Origin: Octopus vulgaris
Lineage: Eukaryota
Assembly: GCA_951406725.2 (NCBI GenBank)
Contig: OX597828.1
Coordinates: 49,352,001 to 49,416,000, forward strand
Direction: 5' to 3'
DNA: 64,000 nucleotides
The notes beneath the pieces were generated by a model. It saw only the letters and a list, made by a program, of their open reading frames with translations. It did no database searches and had not been told where the DNA came from. A program made the position numbers and the translations under genes. Shown here in pieces: positions 38,199 to 50,669 of this stretch; position 1 is the first letter of the stretch, and each line of letters opens with the position of its first letter.

Positions 38199-38679
38199 AC
38201 ACAGGTTTTATATCATTATTGCAGTGAATGACAAGCATAAAAATGCCTGGCAGGAAATGTTTCTGCTAGTTTAATTAATGTAATAAGATAGTTTAATTAA
38301 AAAAAGAGAGAGAGAGAGAAATTAAGATACAATGATCAATGAAGTGGAATTGCTCCAAGTCAACAGAACCTAATAGACTGCTCCTGTAGTCTAGGTAGTA
38401 TACGATTGAGAGGAGACTCTTGCTGTTCAGATCGCATAAGACAGACTGCAGATTCCTTTAGACTATAAAACAACAGAACTGAAAGCGTAAGACGAATACT
38501 GGTCCCGAGATTGGTTAAGGGTGTTATTGGTGGAGATAGAATAGCAGTGTTGGTATGGTTGTAGTAATGGTAATGCTCTGGTTGTAGGAATATGGTGTAG
38601 TAGTAGTAGTAGTAAAGGTGGTGTTGGTTAATGGTAGATGTGACAGTTGTGTTGGTTAATGTTAAAAGTTGTAGGAGAC

Positions 38680-38952
38680 ATCATCATCATCATCGTTTAA
38701 TGTCCGTTCTCCATGCTAGCATGGGTTGGACGGTTCGACCTGGGATCTGGGAAGCCAGGAGGCTGCACCAGGCTCCAGTCTGATCTGGCAGTGTTTCTAC
38801 AGCTGGATGCCCTTCCTAACACCAACCACTCCATGAATGTAGTGGGTGCTTTTTACGTGCCACCGGCACAGGTGCCAGGCAAGGCTGGCAATGGCCACGA
38901 TCAGATTGGTGCTTTTTACGTGCCACCGGCATGGAAGCCAGTCAAGGCGGCG
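38680..38952 (-). mobile_element. Family C repeat
   Basis: Reverse complement of family with (ATC)n start. Confidence 0.85.
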
Positions 38953-40464
38953 CTAATTTCTTACCAAAGCGAAAGCTCAGAAATTTTGGTGAGATGGATC
39001 AGTCAATTGTATCAATGAAGCCCAGTTCATGACTGGTACTTTAATTTATCGACCCCCACCCAAAAGAATAAAGTGCATTATCGACCTCAGCAGGATTTGA
39101 ACTTGGAACATAAGGGCTACAACTTAATACTGCAAAACAGTTTCTTCAATGTTCTAACAATTTTGCTAATCAACCATCCCAGAGAGCTAACAATACAATA
39201 TTGCAACCAATAAGTATTAAAAGTCATAGTTATCTAAATAGTACAGACCAGACTGGAGCAGTGCATTAAAATTAAATTTCTCATTTTGTGAATAATATAC
39301 CTATATGGATACCATCATCACCACCATCTATTTGCACACACACACATATCTTTAGATATATAATGTATTGCGTGTGTGTATGTGTGTGTGTGTGTATGTG
39401 TGTGTATGTATGTGTGTGTGTGTATGTGTGCGTGTGTGTGTATTTATACACATATCAGGCAGGTGTTTATTACTACAGCATTAAAAAAAAAAAAATAGAG
39501 AAAACATTACTCAGAGAAGAACATCAGAGAATTGCAGCCATGTGTGTGTGTGTGTGTGTGTGTGTGAATGTGTATATGTATTGAGGCTGTATGAATGAGT
39601 GTATGCAGGTGCATGTGTGTGACTGAGAATACATGTGTGCGACTGAGAATACATGTGTGTGTGTGTGTGTTTGCGTGTAATTCTTTAAATCATCAGTCAT
39701 CATGGAAAAGAGTAATGCCAAAAAGAAAAACGATGATGATGACATCAATAATAATAATAACAACGATGATGCTGACAATAATAATAAACAATAATTGATC
39801 ATCAGCTGCCATAACACATCATTTGAGGAGGAGGAGGAGGAGGAGGAGGAAGAGTGGGGGGAGGCTGGGGGCTGGGTGGTTTCCTTCTTGCTCCAAGATT
39901 ACTTTGGAAACAAAGAAAGCAAGCATCTGTGTGTGTGTGTGTGTGTGTAATGACAACTGAACTAAGTCCCCACCACCACCACCACCATTACTATGACTAG
40001 TCACCCCCGCCCTCATAGCTGCCTCACTGTGTAACACCACCACCACCAGCAGTACCAATACCACCACCGCCACCGCTGCCACCACAAATTACCACCTAAA
40101 CCATTAAGCATCGGCTCTACCATATATACCACTGACACAACTAGCACCACCACCACCACCACCACCACCACCGTCATCATCATCTCCACTCGCCAAAACC
40201 ATAATCAGTGTCATCGTTAGAACCACTACCAATAACAAGCAAAAAGGAGGAGGGGGGCGACACCACCACCACCATCACCAACAACAACAACAGCATTAAC
40301 ATCATTATCATCATCAGCATCACCAAACACTACATCACACACTACATCAGATGAAATAAATACAACAAATGGTCTGTGAAATCACTACATTTATATAATA
40401 TACACTCATGTTACAACCCAATAATATACACACAGGCGATATACAAATAAATACACAGCCTGTA

Positions 40465-40495
<31 letters not shown>

Positions 40496-40653
40496 CATAC
40501 ACACATTTACACACACACAAACGTGTGTGTGTGTGTAATTTATAAAGAACTGTATAAGGTTTCAGATTTTTTCACTTCACACACACATACACACACACTA
40601 TCTCACTCTTACCTTCCTCCCTCTCTTTCTCTTATTCTTTTTGCTCACATCCC

Positions 40654-40697
<44 letters not shown>

Positions 40698-41766
40698 CCT
40701 GTCTGTCTTTCTTTGTTTCTGTCTGTCTGTCTCCCTCTCTGTAACTACTTCATCTTCTCAAAGCGATTCCATCATTCACCCACAGAATGAGATAAATTCA
40801 AGATTTCAGGGTTTATTGCAATTGCTGTTGTTGTTGCTGTTAGTGTATTGGTTTTAGTAGCATCACAGAGTGTGACAGGGTAAACTAGACATACACAGAG
40901 GGAGACAGAGAGAAAGAGAGGGGGAGAGAGAGTTAGAAAGAGAGAGGGAAGGAAAATAATGGAGACAGAGAAAAGAGAGGGAAGGAGAGAAAGACATAGG
41001 GAGAAAGAGAGGTCAGAGGAGAAAGAGAGATATATACAAAAACAGAGAGAGAGGGAGAGACAGAAAGAGAGGCACAGAGATACAAACAGAAGCAGAGAGA
41101 GAGAGAGAGAAAGTGGGGGGAACAAGTGATGGGGCTAGTGTGAAATTCAGTCAGGAATTAGTCAGAAGATAAAGGAGCAGAGGGGGAAGAAGGAGAAGGA
41201 GGAGTGAGGAGGTGATGATATGATGATGATGATGATGACAGGAAAGAGAGCCCTTATTAAAGGGAAAAGAGAAAAAATAGGATTGGGTGGGTTAAATCAG
41301 CCATTATTACAAATAGGGGAGCAGTTGTGGGGTGGGGTGGGAATGGGGGGAAGGGTGAGCTTGGAGAAGGGAGGAGGCATGATGATGAAATTGTTGGCAG
41401 CAGGAGGAGGAGGAGGAGAAAGAGGGTGGATGGAAATGGAGGGGGTAGAAGTGGAACAACAAATAATAACAACAATAATAATAACAATAATAATAATCTT
41501 AACAATAAAGCAATGAACTGGTGACATTGTAAACAGATGGAGGTGGTAGTCGTGGGTGGAGAGGATAGAGATAGGGTACGTGTGCGGGGAGGAGGAAGGT
41601 TATACATGTGTGGCACATGTGTGGGTGTTTGTGCACATGCATTCGCATGGGAGGATGTCTTTGTGCATGTTTGAATGTGTGGGTGCATGTATGCGTGTAT
41701 AGTGCATGTGATGTGTAAGCTGTTTATATATAAAAATATATTTGCATGTATGTATGTATTTGTGCA

Positions 41767-41852
<86 letters not shown>

Positions 41853-41929
41853 TGTGTGTGAGCATGTGTGCATACATAGATATCTGGTCATGTGTTAATA
41901 TATATTAATGTACATGTGAATCTGTGCCT

Positions 41930-42455
41930 ATATATATACATATACACATATATATATACATATACACATATATATACATCATCATCATCATCGTTTAACG
42001 TCCGTTCTCCATGTATACATATATACATATATATATATACATATATACATATATATATACATATATACACACATATATATACACATATATATACACATAT
42101 ATATACACACATATATATACACATATATATACACATATATATACACACATATATACATATATATATACACATATATACACACATATATATACACACATAT
42201 ATACATATATATATATATACACATATATACATATATATATACACATATATATACACACATATATACACATATATATACACACATATATACATATATATAT
42301 ATACACATATATATACACATATATATACACACACATATATACATATATATATACACACACACATATATATATATACATATATACATATATACACATATAC
42401 ATATATGCATATATATACACATATATACATATACACACATATATATATATATATG
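41930..42455. repeat. Compound (TA)n/(CA)n microsatellite
   Basis: Direct inspection; contains a short family C tail remnant at about 41977-42013. Confidence 0.9.
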
Positions 42456-42792
42456 CATGCATGCATACGTGGGTTTTATATGTATGTCTGTGTATGTATT
42501 AGTGCATGTGTGTGTGTTGTGTATACATGTGCAGAGCTAATGTTAAACATGTCAGAGTTAAAGAAGGAAGAGATAGCATTGCCAACTGGAGCAGAGGAAG
42601 TGGCAACGGGGTGGGGGAGCGGGGTAGTAGAGTGATGGCGATGTCCTCGCCCTGGTACATTTGATGTAAAAAGGGGAGGGTATGATGATGATGATGATGA
42701 TGACGGCAGTGTGAATGAGGGTGGCAGCAGCGGCAGCAGCATGTCCCCTCCCTAATTTATTTGATGTAAAAAGGAGAAGCAAAAACCAATGA

Positions 42793-42837
<45 letters not shown>

Positions 42838-43565
42838 AGCATATATAGAATCACCAAACAGGGAGAGGCTCTGTGTGTGTGTGTGTGTGTGTGGTTGGTT
42901 GGAGAACAGCTGGAATCATAGAGCCCCTAACATCACTAACATCTCCACCACGACCACCACCACAAACATGAATACTATCGCTGACATAACCATCTCCAAC
43001 CGCTGCAATCAACACTACCACCATCACCATCATCATCACAACTAGTACATTGACGTAAAACTCATGGTGGTGGTGGTGGTGGAAATGGCTCGTTACTACT
43101 TTTCTCCTGCCATAATGCTGTGTACATTACACTGTGTACTCTACACTGTACTGTGTGTACTCTAAACAACCACCACCGCCGCTGCTGCTGCCAATACCAT
43201 GCTATGTGTACTTAAACTAGTCAACACACTTTAGTTCTACCACTACCACCAACACCACCACTAGAATAACTTTAATCCCCACAACCAGCACCACCACTAA
43301 CAATACAACTGCCAATACTAACGACAACCTCCACCATCACTACAACCACCACTGTCACAATTACTACAAAAGCACCAACACAGTAATAATCATTATTACA
43401 AACACTACAACTACAACCGTCATTAGTACCACCACGAGAAATAACCACAAACAATTCAGGGAAGTCAATAAAATATTTGGTGTCAAAAGTTTAGGATGAA
43501 ATGTCAAAGCAAAATGGTTGTCGGAATGTCTTGGTTGAGATTGTTGTGACAGATTCACACTGTTT

Positions 43566-43573
<8 letters not shown>

Positions 43574-43640
<67 letters not shown>
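43574..43640. repeat. (GA)n microsatellite
   Basis: Direct inspection. Confidence 0.95.
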
Positions 43641-43643
<3 letters not shown>

Positions 43644-44888
43644 GGAGATCATCATCCAACATCCGTTTTTCATACTGGCATGGGTTGCCAAGGTCTGCAG
43701 CAGGCTTCATTAACTGTTCTGGAATGATTTCTATGGTTGGATGCTCTTCCTAATGCCAATCATTTTACAGAGTGTACTGGATGCCTTTCATGCGACACCA
43801 ACATTGGTACCTTCAAGATGGCACCAGCACTAGTGCTTTTTTAAATAGCACAAGCACTGGTGGTTTGTAAGCAGCACCAGCACCAACAGGGTCACCAGAT
43901 AACTTGCAAGGCAAAAACCCCTTTGCTTTTCTATGTTTACCTATTCCTCTCTCACTCATCAATGCGTGTGTGTGAGTGTATGCCTCCGTATGTGTGCATG
44001 TGATTAAAAAGTTTGCTTTCCAACCCCAAGGGAAATGTGGATGCTCCCCACCCTCAGTCCACACACACACACACACACAGAGCCTCACATTGAAATGGAA
44101 GAAATTGTTTTATTATTAATACTGTATTACTGGTAACATCCTACCCTGGTGTATCGCTGGTACTGAAACATTCCTGGATATGAAGTTAATGCACTTTAGG
44201 TAACTTTTTCTCAGATGTTATTTCTGTAACCCTAGGTCAACCCTGATGGCACTTACCTACAGCTATGATCCCCTTGTTCCTTTTGTGACGCAGAGGGACA
44301 ACATAATCTGATGAGTCCTTTCTTTTTGTCTTTAAAACAGTAAAATGTTATTTGAAGGATATATGTATCTTTACATGTGCCACCATGTAAAAGCACTTGT
44401 GCAGTGCCACGTAAAAGCATTCAGTACACTCCTGGAATGTTCTTGGTATTAGGAAGAGCATCCAGCTGTAGAAACCATGCCAAATCAGACTGGAATGTGG
44501 TGCAGCAGCCCTCCACCCCACCCGAACTAGCCAGCTCTGGTCACACTGTCCAACCCATACCAGCATGGACAATGGATGTTAAATGATGATGATGATGATG
44601 ATAGCAGTTTTTGCCATTTTAATATCCAGACCAGATCCAAAACCTGGATTTTTTTTTTGTTAGGGAGTTCACACCAAAAAAAAAAAATTAAACCAAAGTC
44701 AATTAAAGAAAAGATTAATGATATTTATAGAAGGAAAACCGTTGGGGGTGTGCTGGAAGGATGCTTAAGGACTGCATGCAGCCCTGCAAGCTGCAGTTGA
44801 AAATCACTGGTATAAAGGGTCCGTCATGATAATCCGTCTGTACCTGGACCATCTTACCTTTATTAATGAAATATCTTAAAATGAGAAA

Positions 44889-45252
44889 GGCACAGACAAA
44901 GCTATGAGGTTAAGAAGTTTACTTTGTAACCATATGGCTTCAGGTTCAGACCCGCTATGTGATACCTCAGGCAAGTCTTCTACTATGGCTTCAGGCAGAC
45001 CAAGGCCTCATGAGTGAATTTGGCAGACAGAAACTAAAAGAAAAATCCTCCAAATATATGTGTGTGGCTTTGTGATGGCTGTAAGTGAATGTCATTCATT
45101 TCCAGCATTCAGTGAAAACATCAGACCATGGAGAAATACTACCTTGCTCAGAAACAAGTGAGGGTCGGTGACAGGAAGGGCATCTGGCCATAGAAAATCT
45201 GCCTCAATAAACTCTGTCTTACCCATGCAAGCATGGAAAAGTGGACATATAA
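44889..45252 (+). mobile_element. Chimeric SINE: family A head plus family C/RTE tail (similar copies near 32465-32790, 20330-20560, 36560-36775, 62650-63030)
   Basis: Decayed tRNA/CORE head followed by gtgagggtcggtgacaggaagggcatc...cccatgcaagcatggaaaagtggac. Confidence 0.7.
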
Positions 45253-45254
45253 AT

Positions 45255-45612
45255 GGTGCAGGAGTGGCTGTGTGGTAAGAAGCTTGCTTCCCAACCACAT
45301 AGTTCTGGGTTCAGTCTCACTGCATGGAACCTTGGGCAAGTGTCTTCTACTATTGCCTCAGGCTGACCAAAGCCTTGTGAATGGATTTGGTAGACAGAAA
45401 CTGAAAGAAGCCCATCGTATATTTTTGTGTGTGTGTGTGTGTGTGTATTTGTTCCCCACCTGCATCGCTTAACAACTGATGTCGGTGTGTTTACGTCTCC
45501 GTAACATAGCAGTTCAGCAAAAGAAAGCGATGGAATAAGTACTAGGTTTACAAAGAATAAGTCCTGGGGTCAATTTGTCCAACTAAAGGTGGTGCTCCGG
45601 CATGGCCACTGC
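45255..45612 (+). mobile_element. SINE family A
   Basis: ggtgcaggagtggctgtgtgg head and family body. Confidence 0.85.
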
Positions 45613-46002
45613 CTAAAAGAAATTAAAATGATGAATACAACGAGTACCTTGAATGGAGAAAAAGCAGAAAGCTGTCTGTGGGGTTGTGTGCTTTACAAAA
45701 GATGCACGGTTCAAGTCCTACAGGCAGCTTTCTGCCTTTCCCCTGATCAAAGGGTTTTTAATAATATAATTACCACCCTGTGCTAGCACCACATACAAAG
45801 CATTTGTACTGGTACCATGTATAAAGCACCGGTGCTGGCACCACATATAAAGTGCTCAGTACACTCAGTAAAATGGTTGGCATAAGTAAGGGCAACCAGC
45901 TGCAGAAACTATGCCGGAACAGACAACTGGAGCCTGGCACAACTCTCCGGCTTATCGCCTCCAGTCAAACTGTCCAACCCATGCCAGCATGGAAGATATA
46001 CC

Positions 46003-46230
46003 TTAACCCTTTAGTGTTTAAACCGGCTGTATCCGGCCCAAATATTCTACACATTTTATGCTCAAACTGGCCAGAACATGCATCTCACACCTACCCTGCA
46101 ATGTCACTCTAAAAATAAGCAATTACATCTTTCCTATCTTGAAGGTACAAAATAATATCAGATAAATTTTTTTAAATGTGAATTAATAAGGATTACTTTT
46201 GACAAATTAATCTGAACGCTAAAGGGTTAA
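46003..46230 (+). mobile_element. piggyBac-type MITE family 1
   Basis: TTAA-CCCTTTAG...CTAAAGGG-TTAA. Confidence 0.9.
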
Positions 46231-46784
46231 ATAATAATGATGATGATGGCGGAACAATGTTGCATAGAAACCAAACATGGAGGTTCAATGTTATAAGCAC
46301 TACATCACAAAGAAGCCATTTAAAAAAAAAAATCCATTTATATTTTATGCTAGAATTCTTCATGCGAGCAAAACCATTTATAGTTGAGGCTGCTATGTTG
46401 AGCAAAGCAGGAACTGCTGCTAATTCCCATAGCCATTCCTCAGTTGTAGCTGTAAGGTTGCAGACCCAATTAAGAAATTGTCATTATCAATTCCAGATAG
46501 CGAGTCTACAAGGAGGGGGACAAGCTATTGAGAAAGAAGAGTGATTAGTTTAGAAAGAGAGTTTCGTGAACTATTGAACATTGTAAAGAAAGGTCTGGCA
46601 GATGAGAGGAGAACTTTTGATAGAAATCAGGAGAGGTTAGAATCAAAGAAATTCTATCAACATAGATTCAAGAACTCACAAGAATTCTTCATCATAACAA
46701 GATTTATGGATAATGAAAGCATGGCTGAATCAAATATAAATGATGCTCTTTACATTGTTGTAGTTGTTGTTGTTATTTTTATTA

Positions 46785-47190
46785 AGACAGCAAGTTGGCA
46801 GAATCAGCTTTATGTTCTGAGTTCAAATTTTACTAAGACTAACTTTGCCTTTCATACCTTCGGGGCCAACAAAATAAATACCAGTCAAGCACCGGAGTCA
46901 ATGTAATTGATGAGCTCCCTTGCCTGAAATTGATGGCCTTGTGCAAAAATTTGAAAACATTATTATTATTATTATTGTTGTTGTTATTGAGACAGTTAGC
47001 CAACAGAATTGTTAGCAAGTTAGACAAAATGCTTAGCAACATTCATTCTATCTCTACATTCTGAGTTCAAATTCCGCTGAGGTCGACTTTGCTTTCATCC
47101 TTTTGGGGTCAGTGGGACATGGGGGAGAGGGCAATGCAATCAACTGCAAAAAACCTCAGGCCTGGTGCCTGGAGTAAAAAGATTTATTAT
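46785..47190 (+). mobile_element. Two tandem SINE family B copies
   Basis: Family match, (TTA)n tails. Confidence 0.75.
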
Positions 47191-48075
47191 TACTGTTATT
47201 AGTGGTTTACGTTTACAACTAAAATTGACTCCTGTTTTTAAGTGGTACTTTGGTATTTTACCAATTCCATAACACTATCTCAAGCACAAATTAACTGAAA
47301 ACCTTGGAAAGTGGGTGGTGGTGATAGTGGTGAGGTAATCAAAGGAATGACCTAGAGGTCAATGACAGCACCAGATTGTGATAGGGAGAACCAACAGGTA
47401 TTTATGCTGAATGCACGGAATACACTGAAGCTTAGCAGTGTGTCAGATGGATGTTGTAGCAATATGGATATCCTCCATGTTATCCAAGTACAGTGTTCCT
47501 GAAAATCTTGCCATGTAACATGGAAGCCAATGACCCAAAAGTTTCAATATTATGGAAATCCACATTACAGCAAAATATGGAAGCATAGCTGCAGGCTTTT
47601 AAACCAAGGTCAACCCTGTTTAAATGAATCCTTAATTAAAGGTATTCCAACCATAGCAAACCTGCCTTGTTAAGGAGTAAATAGAGTTATATTATCCAAT
47701 ATGTTTTGTCTATATATAATAGTGAGATGTGATGGGAGGGAGACATTGCTGCTATTTCTAGCAAGTCAAGTGAACTACTAGAACTAGAAGCTCCATGTAG
47801 TGGTCATATCTGGAAAGTAATTCATTTCACAATCACACACACAGATTCATGTACATAAACTAGAGTACATGCAAATACAATAAAACAACAATAAAATTTT
47901 GTTACCATAATACTTGATTCCATAAATATGGTACCTACATACACCTAGGTGGACTATGGTCACCACAGTATCTATCAAGATGGACTGCATGACTGTATGG
48001 CAGTCATACTGTCCATCTTGATAGATAACTACCACATGGTATCTATGAACAGCTACATGGACTGTGCAATCACAT

Positions 48076-48112
<37 letters not shown>

Positions 48113-48114
<2 letters not shown>

Positions 48115-48462
48115 TCTCTTTTACTTGTTTCAGTCATTTGACTGTGGCCATGCTGGAGCACTGCCTTTAGTCGAGCAAATCGACTCCAGGACTTATTCTT
48201 TGTAAGCCTAGTACTTATTCTGTCAGTCTCTTTTGCCGAACTGCTAAGTTATGGGGACGTAAACACACCAGCATCAGTTATCAAGCAATGTTAAGAGGAC
48301 AAACACAGACACACAAACATACACACACACATGCATATATATACGACGGGCTTCTTTCAGTTTCCGTCTACCAAATCCACTCACAAGGCTTTGGTTGGCC
48401 TGAGGCTATAGTAGAAGACACATACCCAAGGTATAGTAGAAGACACATACCCAAGGTGCCAA
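48113..48462 (-). mobile_element. SINE family A, 5'-truncated, with small internal tandem duplication
   Basis: Family match; tagtagaagacacatacccaagg repeated twice. Confidence 0.85.
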
Positions 48463-48565
48463 GGTGTAAAACAATGTAATCTTCTTTTCAGGGAATAATA
48501 CCAGTGATATCTTCGAAACATGTGTCAGAAGTAAAAGAATTTGAATTACACCTGCATTAAACTCC

Positions 48566-48617
<52 letters not shown>

Positions 48618-48620
<3 letters not shown>

Positions 48621-48793
48621 GGTCCCGGGTTGATTCGGGGTTAACCACAGTTAATAAGGTACTCAATACATAGCAGAGTAAAATTAATTTATTATATAGA
48701 AGGAGCTTCTACAGGACTAGAACTGTTTCATTCAAGAGAAATCTTCCTGAAGATTTCTCTTGAATGAAACAGTTCTAGTCCTGTAGAAGCTCC

Positions 48794-48802
<9 letters not shown>
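48618..48802. mobile_element. Fold-back hammerhead element between two long (TA)n runs
   Basis: Perfect 54-bp inverted repeat 48693-48746 / 48749-48802 with 2-nt spacer, plus 75-bp unique tail; TA runs at 48571-48617 and about 48797-48847. Confidence 0.7.
48743..48789 (+). ncRNA. Type I hammerhead ribozyme motif, intact core
   Basis: cttc-CTGAAGA-t ttc tctt gaa t-GAAA-cag ttctagtc ctg-TA-gaag: stem I cttc/gaag, stem II ttc/gaa closed by U.U, stem III cag/ctg plus A-U. Predicted cleavage after 48785. Confidence 0.75.
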
Positions 48803-48850
<48 letters not shown>

Positions 48851-48935
48851 AAAATAAGAAATAGAATGTCCTTGGTACAGTATTATATATTTGAAAAAAA
48901 TTAATAGAAGTGGCTTTTCTGATCATTTTTCCACT

Positions 48936-49162
48936 TTAACCCTTTAGTATTTAAACCGGCCATATCTGGCCAAAATATTTAATCTGTTTTATGTTCAAAC
49001 TGACCAGATCCAGGCTCTCACACCTACCCTACAATGTTATTCTACATTAAGTAATTACACCATCAAGATCTTGAAGATATGAGATAATGCATGATTAATT
49101 CAAATCAATGGGAATCAATAAGCATTATGTTTGATAGGATAATCTGAACACTAAAGGGTTAA
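48936..49162 (+). mobile_element. piggyBac-type MITE family 1
   Basis: TTAA-CCCTTTAGT...ACTAAAGGG-TTAA. Confidence 0.9.
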
Positions 49163-49659
49163 TAATTAAATGTTTTATAAGTTATTAGATGTGTAACTTA
49201 TAAACATCTAATCATTAAGGGGGAAAAAGTTATCAGAAAAGCAAGGTGGTACTCCAGCATTGCCACAGTCTAATTACTGAAACAAATAAAAGAATAAGTA
49301 TATGAAGCTTGCCCGTACTTACAACATCAAGGTGGATTATACCACCACATGGCATGTATAAACAGCCAGGTAGTCTGTATCACCACAGTTGGACTAAGGT
49401 GATCACCAGGGACAGAAAGATATAATGCAGTAACATCGGAGATGTGAACCAATGATCTCTTGGTATGTAGACCAATAATTTAACAACTTGCTGCAGTTGG
49501 GTTGATTTTTATACTGAACATTGGGCGACAGGACACAGAAGAAGTGGTCTGAACAAAGGTAGCAGGAGGGAGTGGATGCAACTAGTTTATTTTATTAAGA
49601 ATTATAATTCTTGTTTACTAAGACTGGTGTAGTAATTCACACACACACACACATTCCTG

Positions 49660-50165
49660 AGAGGCCAGAAAAAGCACTTCAAAGACACCTTAACTCTTTA
49701 GCATTCAGATTTCTCTGTTTATTTATTTGCGTTGATTTGAATTAGACATGCATTACCTTGTAGGTTTGAAGTTTCAATGACGTGATTGAGTGATATTGTA
49801 GGGTAAGTGTGTAAGGCCAGATCTGGCTGATTTAAATGCTAAACGGTTAAAAGCTTCTCTAAGGGCCTTTAGCATCAGCCAGGTCACATGGAAGGAGATA
49901 GGTCAGAAGAGAAGCAGGTGATAATCAGCTGTCCACAAGGACATGCAAATCTGTAAAAAAAATGCTGCAACTGAGCAATGCAGGCCAGACAGAAAAACCA
50001 GCACCATCAAGTCTCCAACCACCAGCACCATTCCCTGTTCACACTGCCAGAGAGCTTCAGGGTATGGCTTCGCCTGATAAGTCAGCAATGCTCCCACAAA
50101 GCTAAACCCCATTCCCAACTCCAGAATGACTAGAGTATCCTCATTGCTCCAACAGATAAATACCA
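49660..50165 (+). pseudogene. RTE (BovB-like) LINE C-terminal fragment with decayed C2H2 finger
   Basis: GQKKHFKDTL|KASLRAFSISQVTWKEIGQKRSR**SAVHKDMQIC...TIPCSHCQR; stops and frameshift; split by a TTAA MITE. Confidence 0.75.
49690..49850 (-). mobile_element. piggyBac-type MITE family 1 inserted in an RTE fragment
   Basis: TTAA at both ends; RTE reading frame is continuous when it is removed. Confidence 0.8.
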
Positions 50166-50669
50166 CATTCTGTATGTAAGGTTGTGGGTAAGATCTGTCA
50201 GAATATCTCTCTCTCTTGCCTCAGTAAGGGACAGATGATGGATATCTGGCAGATGGCCTATGGATAGGGAACAGACTGTAGATGGGCAATAGACAGGTCA
50301 TGGGTCATAAACCGACAAAGAAGAGATGGACAACAAACTATTGATGAATGAGGAACTGTGGATGACACCTGGGAAATGCAAGCACAAGGCTGGCTTGTTC
50401 GACAAAACTGCACCAACAAAGGTGCCACCTCCTACAAACAGGACTACGCAAATCCAGAGCCAACTCATTGTCTTCAGTCACAACAGACCACTGGTGCCCG
50501 ACCTGCAACCAGAGCCTTCTGAGCACACATTGGACTGATTGGCCACAGTTGGACACACCAAGCCCCGTCTTCTCCCATGTAATATCCTTGGTCACCACTG
50601 ATAACAATGGACTAACTAATAATTATAATGGATGAACAATGGACCAGTGATGTGTTGCTTATCATTCTG

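Noticed and set aside
46257-46906. Two ORFs that might be LINE ORF2 remnants (also 16620-17170, 60760-61040)
   Set aside because: Protein-like composition but no diagnostic motif recognisable by eye; needs BLASTX against a TE protein library.
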